Shown one piece after another: positions 57,947-64,000 of a stretch of DNA of 64,000 bases (position 1 is its first letter; the number at the start of each line of letters is the position of its first letter). The position numbers and the translations under genes were made by a program. Below the pieces are notes generated by a model. That model was not told the DNA's origin and did not search any database. It saw nothing but the letters and a program-made list of their open reading frames with translations. Source of the DNA: Spirochaetota bacterium (lineage in GTDB: Bacteria; Spirochaetota; UBA4802; JAFGDQ01); the NCBI GenBank assembly GCA_043803405.1, contig JAZDKB010000036.1:76963-140962 (forward strand), given 5' to 3'.

Positions 57947-58891
57947 ATGATAAAGAAAAAAGTTTACGGCGAAACATTAAAAGAGCAGCTTATTGCCGGT
58001 TCAAAAGACCGCCTGCATTTGTTTTTAATGCACAATAAAAATGTTCGCGGAGTCATTTTAAACGGCACGAAAATGGTAAACGAAATGCGTTCCAACCATG
58101 AACTGGGAATAATTGAGACTCTTGTACTTGGACACGCGTACATAGCTGCTGCCCTGCTTTCAGCTAACATAAAAGGGAACAACAGGATAAGCATTCGCGT
58201 TGAATGCTCCGGCCCCATAAAAGGCTTTGATGTCGAATCGAACGGCTACAACGAAGTGCGCGGATACCTAAAAAACGTTCCCATACCTGTCAACGAGCCA
58301 CTGGACAGCTTTAATATATCGAAATTTTTCGGCGCAGGGTTCCTTACAGTGACAAAATATCCGGAGAACAGTAAAAATCCATTTTCAGGCACAGTAATTT
58401 TAAAACACGGGAGCGTAGCAAAAGATCTTGCTTATTATTTTTTAACCTCAGAGCAGATACCGACATCTTTCAACCTCAGCGTTCAATTCGATACCGAAGG
58501 CAATGTGACAGGAGCGGGAGGCCTGTTTCTGCAGGTTATGCCCGGTGCGGACGACAATATTGTTCAGTCGCTTGAAAAAATTGTGATGAATTTTCCTTCT
58601 ATCGGAGCAGCCTTTTCTTCCGGTTCCGGTTTCAACACGCCGGTAAGCCTTGTAAACGAAGTATTTAAGGAGTATAGCCCGGAATTCGTAGGAGATACCA
58701 GAACGGAATTTTTCTGCCGCTGCAAAAAAGAGCTGATGCTGCATTATTTGACGCTGCTAACCGCAAATGATATTAACGATATTATGGAAAACGGGCCTTT
58801 CCCGGTTGAGATCAGATGCCATAACTGCAACAGTAAATATTATTTTGAAAAAGACGAGATAGACCTGATTCGGAAGAAAATTATTCATTAA
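57947..58891 (+). CDS. hslO: Hsp33 redox-regulated chaperone
   Basis: SEQIPT, AGGLFLQVMPGA and C-terminal CRC...CHNC zinc switch. Confidence 0.92.
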   Translation: MIKKKVYGETLKEQLIAGSKDRLHLFLMHNKNVRGVILNGTKMVNEMRSNHELGIIETLVLGHAYIAAALLSANIKGNNRISIRVECSGPIKGFDVESNGYNEVRGYLKNVPIPVNEPLDSFNISKFFGAGFLTVTKYPENSKNPFSGTVILKHGSVAKDLAYYFLTSEQIPTSFNLSVQFDTEGNVTGAGGLFLQVMPGADDNIVQSLEKIVMNFPSIGAAFSSGSGFNTPVSLVNEVFKEYSPEFVGDTRTEFFCRCKKELMLHYLTLLTANDINDIMENGPFPVEIRCHNCNSKYYFEKDEIDLIRKKIIH

Positions 58892-58939
58892 CCAGGCTGG
58901 CTATTCGTTCAAAAATTAGCCTTAGCACAAATAAAAATT

Positions 58940-59467
58940 CTATTTGATATTCTGGGTTATATAATCAGCCAGATTATATATGGTAGCATCCAGCATTGAT
59001 TCAAGATTAGCCCAGAAGGCTCCTTTACTGGTCGTTTTAACTGTAACATTATATATTTCATTCTTCCCTGGAATTTCATAAAATTGGAGGTTGACCAGTA
59101 AATAGGTAGCACTGGGTCCTATTTCCTCAAAATTACATTTAATGAATAATTCTCCGGATGAAGGGAAAATTTTTGAATTAGTGGCATCCCCGGTTATTGT
59201 TTTTTTCCGAAGCATTGATTTTAAATGTTTTTGTAGTCCTAAGACATTCATTTCGTAAATGACTTCTTTCCATTTTTCGATTGATTCGTATCTGTAAATT
59301 TCCCATCTTGATTCTTCTAAATCAAGCCATCCTACATAAATATTATTATATTTGCTTAATTGTGGAATGCTGTTTTGTTCTTTTACAATAGAGTATTTTT
59401 GCATACAGCCAAAAAGTGAAAAGATAATTATCGAACATATAAAAGTTATAATTATTTTTGTTCTCAT
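58940..59467 (-). CDS. Hypothetical lipoprotein
   Basis: SLFGC lipobox. Confidence 0.65.
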   Translation of the reverse strand: MRTKIIITFICSIIIFSLFGCMQKYSIVKEQNSIPQLSKYNNIYVGWLDLEESRWEIYRYESIEKWKEVIYEMNVLGLQKHLKSMLRKKTITGDATNSKIFPSSGELFIKCNFEEIGPSATYLLVNLQFYEIPGKNEIYNVTVKTTSKGAFWANLESMLDATIYNLADYITQNIK

Positions 59468-59607
59468 ATAAAGGTTCCTTAATTAAACTTACATTAATTT
59501 TTAATACTTATTATTTTTTGTGATGATATGCCCAAAGATTATTTATCACTTTACTAAATTTTAGAATGTACACTAAATAAACCTGAATAAATTACAGATA
59601 GACTGTT

Positions 59608-60270
59608 TCACTGAAAAAGTTTATCGAATAACTGTTTATAAAGAGGCTCACTCTTTTTTATCAGGTTCCGATACGATATTGTGTCTGCCGGCGGTATCCA
59701 TTCCTCTTCCGTTGATACATAACCCTTCCCTATTACTTTGCCATCCTTATCAAATAAATAAATTTTCGATTCAAAGTGGTTTCCTCCCGATGAGGTAAAA
59801 AGATCGGTTTTTGTGACTTTTCCTCTCATTATTGGAATAAAAGCATAAGCGGCATTTAGCTTTTTACATTCAGAACCTATTTTAAGCTCAATATCACTTG
59901 TAATATTATCAAGAACGTTAAAGTCTTCAACATTAAATATTTGGTCTACTATAATCACTTCATTACCGGTTTTTAGTTTTATATTTTGAGCACAAAAATT
60001 GGCAATTTGCTCCGAGGCCTTTTCTTCAACTTTTTTAAATTTTTCAGTACTCTCACTTGACCTGCTTCTATATATACCAGCAGGTATAAGTGGAAATATT
60101 GGGAAATCCCGGTCGCTGAATGAATTTTTAATATATGCAATTTTAGCATCTTTAACTATTTTAGGAGCACCTGTATTAACTCTGACATCCAGCGTTGAGC
60201 ATCCTATAGAAAAAGTTATAATAGTAATAGCTGATAACAGTAAAAACAATTTGATTGGTTTTGCATACAT
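59608..60270 (-). CDS. Hypothetical lipoprotein
   Basis: SIGC lipobox; AGGAGG RBS. Confidence 0.65.
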   Translation of the reverse strand: MYAKPIKLFLLLSAITIITFSIGCSTLDVRVNTGAPKIVKDAKIAYIKNSFSDRDFPIFPLIPAGIYRSRSSESTEKFKKVEEKASEQIANFCAQNIKLKTGNEVIIVDQIFNVEDFNVLDNITSDIELKIGSECKKLNAAYAFIPIMRGKVTKTDLFTSSGGNHFESKIYLFDKDGKVIGKGYVSTEEEWIPPADTISYRNLIKKSEPLYKQLFDKLFQ

Positions 60271-60304
60271 ACGAAAATCCTCCTGATTTTTTTTTATTTA
60301 TTAT

Positions 60305-61072
60305 TTATAATCTTTCATATATCCACTCATCTCCTTCATCATCAAGGAAACTGAATGTATTTAAATCGCTCGAAGGAATAATCTCTACACATCCGCCGGA
60401 TATATTTTCAAATACTGTGTCTGCAACAATCCCAGTTACGCAAAGGCAATTCCCATAAATCGCATAGGTTCCATTTCCCGATAGATCATAGGGATCTAAG
60501 TCAAGAAACCAGTTATATGTGCCGTTATTGATAAAATTCCAAGTACTGTTAGTAAAATCAACCGATGACGGAGCGCCTTCAATATATGTCACGCCCCATG
60601 ACCCTATTATTGAAGTATGCAAAATATATAAAGTTATGGAAAAATCGCTGACAGTTAGATTAACTGTAGTGTTGCCGTTTATTGTTATATCTCTCTGTGG
60701 TATTCTTATGTCGCCATTGCTTGGTGACTGGTTATTATCCATGTCAATGCTGCATCTAAGCACATGCAAACCGCTGCTTAGTGTTACAGGACTAGCATTC
60801 GTATCAACAGCGACTGACGATCCAGTTCCGTTAATATCAACAGTAAAATACCCACCAGCTTCCGGAGCAACGGTATTTTGATATATTTGTTTTATAGATG
60901 TACCGCCCGGGAAAACCTTAAAACCGACAGAAACTCCAGATGAAAGTCCGGAAACATTCATAGTTAGCGTACCATTCGCGGAGGGCGAGTCTGCTTTTTG
61001 GGTTCCCGAATCGAAACATGCTGAGAAAAAGGCGTCAAATATAAGTAAACATATAATACTAATTCTTTTCAT
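60305..61072 (-). CDS. Hypothetical lipoprotein (beta-rich, lipocalin-like C-terminus)
   Basis: FSAC lipobox; GGAGG RBS; 'IIGSW' motif. Confidence 0.65.
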   Translation of the reverse strand: MKRISIICLLIFDAFFSACFDSGTQKADSPSANGTLTMNVSGLSSGVSVGFKVFPGGTSIKQIYQNTVAPEAGGYFTVDINGTGSSVAVDTNASPVTLSSGLHVLRCSIDMDNNQSPSNGDIRIPQRDITINGNTTVNLTVSDFSITLYILHTSIIGSWGVTYIEGAPSSVDFTNSTWNFINNGTYNWFLDLDPYDLSGNGTYAIYGNCLCVTGIVADTVFENISGGCVEIIPSSDLNTFSFLDDEGDEWIYERL

Positions 61073-61131
61073 ATTAAAACCTCCATTTTTTTAATAAATT
61101 TATAAATAATTAATTAAAAACCGTAATTATT

Positions 61132-62358
61132 CTATATCCCTGGAACACCGACTGGAGAAGATTTTATGAATGGCCAAATACTAAGGCCAATACCAAGCTG
61201 GCCATAAGAATTTGACCCCCAAGACCAAACAGTACCATCATTCTTAAGGGCTATACTATGAGAATTGCCCGCAGATATAGCTGTAATTCCCGTTAAACTG
61301 CTTATCTGTACAGGAGTATGTCTGGTAGTCGTAGTCCCATCACCAAGCTGGCCACTGGTGTTAGCTCCCCAAGACCAGACAGTACCCTCATTCTTAAGGG
61401 CTATACTATGAGAATTGCCCGCAGATATAGCTGTAATTCCTGTTAAACTGCTTACCTGCACAGGAGTATATCTGGTAGTCGTAGTACCATCACCAAGCTG
61501 GCCAGAATAATTATCACCCCAAGACCAGACAGTATTGTCATTCTTAAGGGCCATGCTGTGAACATTTTGGCTAGCAGATATCAACACAGTAGGAGATGAA
61601 CAAGTTATATTCGTGCATGTAACAATAATATTTGATTTATCCGTTCCGTTTATGATACCAGAACCACTCGATACACTACATTCCGTAGAACATTGAGTTG
61701 CTACTGAAGATACTGAATAAGAATCTCCATTACCTAATTGTTTTGGAAATACAAAAGAGCCATTTGATATAATAGTCAAATTATCAGTTCCGTTGTTTTG
61801 AAGAATTATTGTTCCATTGAGGCCATTTACAGTCCCACCCACGCTGTAAGCCCTTTCACATACAACTTGAATGTTAGTTACATTAGCATTATTTAAAGTC
61901 CCCGATCCATTTGTTATTGTGCAAACCTGATTTGATGGTTTAGAGGTAACTGTCACGGAATAATTAGAACAATTTGAAAAAGTATTTTGAAAAATGAAAT
62001 AACCATTGCTTGTAATGGTCACTTGATAATAATTATTATTTTTAAGTATAAGGGTTCCTGAAAGGCCGCTGACTGTACCACCAATAGTATATTTAACTTC
62101 AGGATTACTATTAGTGCATCCTCCACCGTAACCTAAATCTGCACAGGTTTTGCCTTCATGCCATTCACGACCAAAATAATCCAGGCATTCTGATTTAGTT
62201 TCATCATTTGAACATGAAGGATCGTCCATTGGTGTTAATTGTCTTATACAGGCACCTTTTGGTTGCTCTTCCTCAGAGCAAGATAAATAAAATATAGAAA
62301 AAACCGAAATCGAAACAATACTAATCAATAAAGCCAAGAAGGATGTTAAATGACGCAC
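61132..62358 (-). CDS. Lipoprotein with a Cys-rich N-module, two Ig-like 'Y.(I/V)GGTV.GL.GT' domains and three RCC1 repeats
   Basis: YLSC lipobox; duplicated ~80-aa domain; repeats 'ISAG.SHS.ALK.DGTVWSWG.N..GQLG'. Confidence 0.88.
   Translation of the reverse strand: MRHLTSFLALLISIVSISVFSIFYLSCSEEEQPKGACIRQLTPMDDPSCSNDETKSECLDYFGREWHEGKTCADLGYGGGCTNSNPEVKYTIGGTVSGLSGTLILKNNNYYQVTITSNGYFIFQNTFSNCSNYSVTVTSKPSNQVCTITNGSGTLNNANVTNIQVVCERAYSVGGTVNGLNGTIILQNNGTDNLTIISNGSFVFPKQLGNGDSYSVSSVATQCSTECSVSSGSGIINGTDKSNIIVTCTNITCSSPTVLISASQNVHSMALKNDNTVWSWGDNYSGQLGDGTTTTRYTPVQVSSLTGITAISAGNSHSIALKNEGTVWSWGANTSGQLGDGTTTTRHTPVQISSLTGITAISAGNSHSIALKNDGTVWSWGSNSYGQLGIGLSIWPFIKSSPVGVPGI
61193..61551 (-). repeat. 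Intragenic 150-bp near-identical tandem repeats (RCC1 units)
   Basis: ccaagctggcca recurs at 61193, 61343 and 61493; long identical stretches between units. Confidence 0.9.
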
Positions 62359-62572
62359 TTAATTGCCTCCAGTAAATTCAGAAGTTATTATGTGTTTCCT
62401 AAAAAAAACAAATTTTATATCATTTACCCTTTAACCAAATCCTGATTATTCTAAGTTAATATAATTATTTTTTTAAGAAAGCTGGGATTGTGCTGATTTA
62501 TATTTATTTGTTTATAAAGAAAGCTGTATGCACGTTTTGACATATTTAATATATCAAATAATGGAAATTAGT

Positions 62573-62589
62573 CATCGGGGTAAACACTT
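62573..62589 (-). promoter_or_regulatory. Candidate operator (minus strand AAGTGTTTACCCCGATG), shared with 1323-1339
   Basis: 16/17 identity to 1323-1339 in an equivalent context. Confidence 0.65.
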
Positions 62590-62668
62590 ATGAAGAGGAA
62601 AAACTATAAATTTTTTTGAAAAGAATGAACTTTTTTTCTTTTTTACTAAAAGAATAATAATATTTTGT

Positions 62669-63916
62669 TTAATGACAGTCGTTTTTTGGAATTACATTAA
62701 ATTTTTTAGTAATATTATAAAGTTCTATCTTATTATTTATTCCTAACTTGGTATATATATTATAGAGATGCGCTTCCGTGGTTTTTTTTGTAATTTTAAG
62801 TTTCTCTGAAATCTCGGTATTGGAAAATCCGGCTAAACTCAAATCAATTATTTCCATCTGCCTATCAGAAAGCCTGTATGTTTTTTGAAATTGTTTAATA
62901 TTCTTATTTTCATTTGAAATTAATAAAATACCGATTAAATCCCCAAATTTATCAATAATTCTGGTAATGTTACTGTTAGTAGCAACATTTTCCAGTTTAT
63001 TTTTAAAATACAATCTGCATGAACAGTGAATAAGTTCGCCGTTTTTTATTTTATTGATGTTTTGCTTAATTTCATTATTTTCGATTGCATAATCAAATAA
63101 ATAATCATCAGTATAATTTTTTTCACTCAAATTTAGTAATTCTATAAATTTATTATTATAAATAATAATTTTTAATTCGGAATTTAACAGCAAAACAGAC
63201 TCCTGAATATTATATGCGATTTCATTTAATACTAATGAAGATTTCGGTATTAGAAATCGGAATTTAACAAACGAATACCATATTGTAAATGCGTATATTA
63301 TTCTACCGATAAATCCAAAAGGAGGAAATTTATAAAACTCAAAGTGCGGTAAAAGGTAATCTGTTATACTACATATCAAAAATAGAGGTATGGTAACACC
63401 CAGAAGGGTTTTTGCCTGAAGCTTTTGTTTCCTGTACTGGCTCTTAATACCCCAGTGATAAACCAGAACCATGTCTATAACTGCATAAGAAATGGAGTAA
63501 AAAATATATAAATAGTAGCTTTTGGAATAAATATATTTCCACTGATTATTATATTTAACAAAATCAGCGACTAGCGGGTATGAAGTTTTTAAAACAATAA
63601 TGACTAGTGCAGGCAAATATAAAAGCGAAGTCTGCCATATATTTAATTTTTTCTCTGTTAGCAAAATATAAAAATGTAAATTTACCGCCCAGCAAATGAT
63701 TACGAAAAGAGCCTTAATTTGATCCCATAAAATTAATGCTTCCTTATCTTCAGCAGAAAACATCATTTTTGCCGAAAAAGCCGACAATGCAATAAGAATA
63801 CATAAAATAAAAAAAATACGATATAAGCTGTTTCTGGGATCAAATTTTAAAATATAGAGGCCAAATATTATACATAGAAGAGTTGTAATATCAGTAATAT
63901 ATATAATTATTTCCAC
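62669..63916 (-). CDS. Membrane-anchored LuxR-family regulator (7TM, PAS-like, LuxR HTH), paralogue of 1583-2830
   Basis: Same 415-aa length and architecture; 'LSDRQMEII...GFSNTEISEKL.I...T.EAHLYNIY.KLGINNK'. Confidence 0.9.
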   Translation of the reverse strand: MEIIIYITDITTLLCIIFGLYILKFDPRNSLYRIFFILCILIALSAFSAKMMFSAEDKEALILWDQIKALFVIICWAVNLHFYILLTEKKLNIWQTSLLYLPALVIIVLKTSYPLVADFVKYNNQWKYIYSKSYYLYIFYSISYAVIDMVLVYHWGIKSQYRKQKLQAKTLLGVTIPLFLICSITDYLLPHFEFYKFPPFGFIGRIIYAFTIWYSFVKFRFLIPKSSLVLNEIAYNIQESVLLLNSELKIIIYNNKFIELLNLSEKNYTDDYLFDYAIENNEIKQNINKIKNGELIHCSCRLYFKNKLENVATNSNITRIIDKFGDLIGILLISNENKNIKQFQKTYRLSDRQMEIIDLSLAGFSNTEISEKLKITKKTTEAHLYNIYTKLGINNKIELYNITKKFNVIPKNDCH

Positions 63917-64000
63917 TAATCATCAACCTTGACCAGAAGGATCTATTATCAAGATAAAAATATATTTTATATTTAAATTAAATATTAAAGAATAAAATCT

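Noticed and set aside
59515..59546. Fourth copy of the ECF-like motif (tttttgtgatgatatgccc)
   Set aside because: Four mismatches, wrong spacing to a -10-like element, and it points antisense to the flanking genes

Overview
Bacterial chromosomal window of AT-rich DNA. The many lipoproteins with spirochaete-like signal peptides and the anaerobe-type metabolic genes suggest an uncultured Spirochaetota-like anaerobe (inference only). I saw no rRNA, tRNA, CRISPR array or intact transposase. Main content: (1) a ~13.5 kb plus-strand type II fatty-acid/polyketide-like lipid biosynthesis cluster (3243-16817) with a CrtI-like FAD oxidoreductase, a B12-binding radical SAM, a NodB deacetylase, a FabZ-like dehydratase, an ACP, two tandem paralogous radical SAMs, two KAS II, a thioesterase, a PKS-dehydratase/PPTase fusion, PlsY and an alpha/beta hydrolase. 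Its make-up recalls the ladderane-candidate and aryl-polyene-type loci. A PksC-like acyltransferase, an acyl-CoA ligase and an aromatic amino-acid ammonia-lyase lie further right and may be satellite genes. (2) Two paralogous 415-aa 7TM-PAS-LuxR regulators, one at each end of the window, each followed by a repeat-rich lipoprotein gene and a shared 17-bp motif. (3) Three envelope genes that share an exactly spaced bipartite motif resembling an ECF-sigma promoter. (4) A 22-bp-period array of pseudo-palindromes in front of the lipid cluster, plus several MITE/REP-like palindromic elements. (5) Ordinary housekeeping and acyl-CoA metabolism genes (DtxR-FeoA/feoB, ptsP, ftsK, rnj, dut, hslO, DEAD-box helicase, thiolase/crotonase/hbd).
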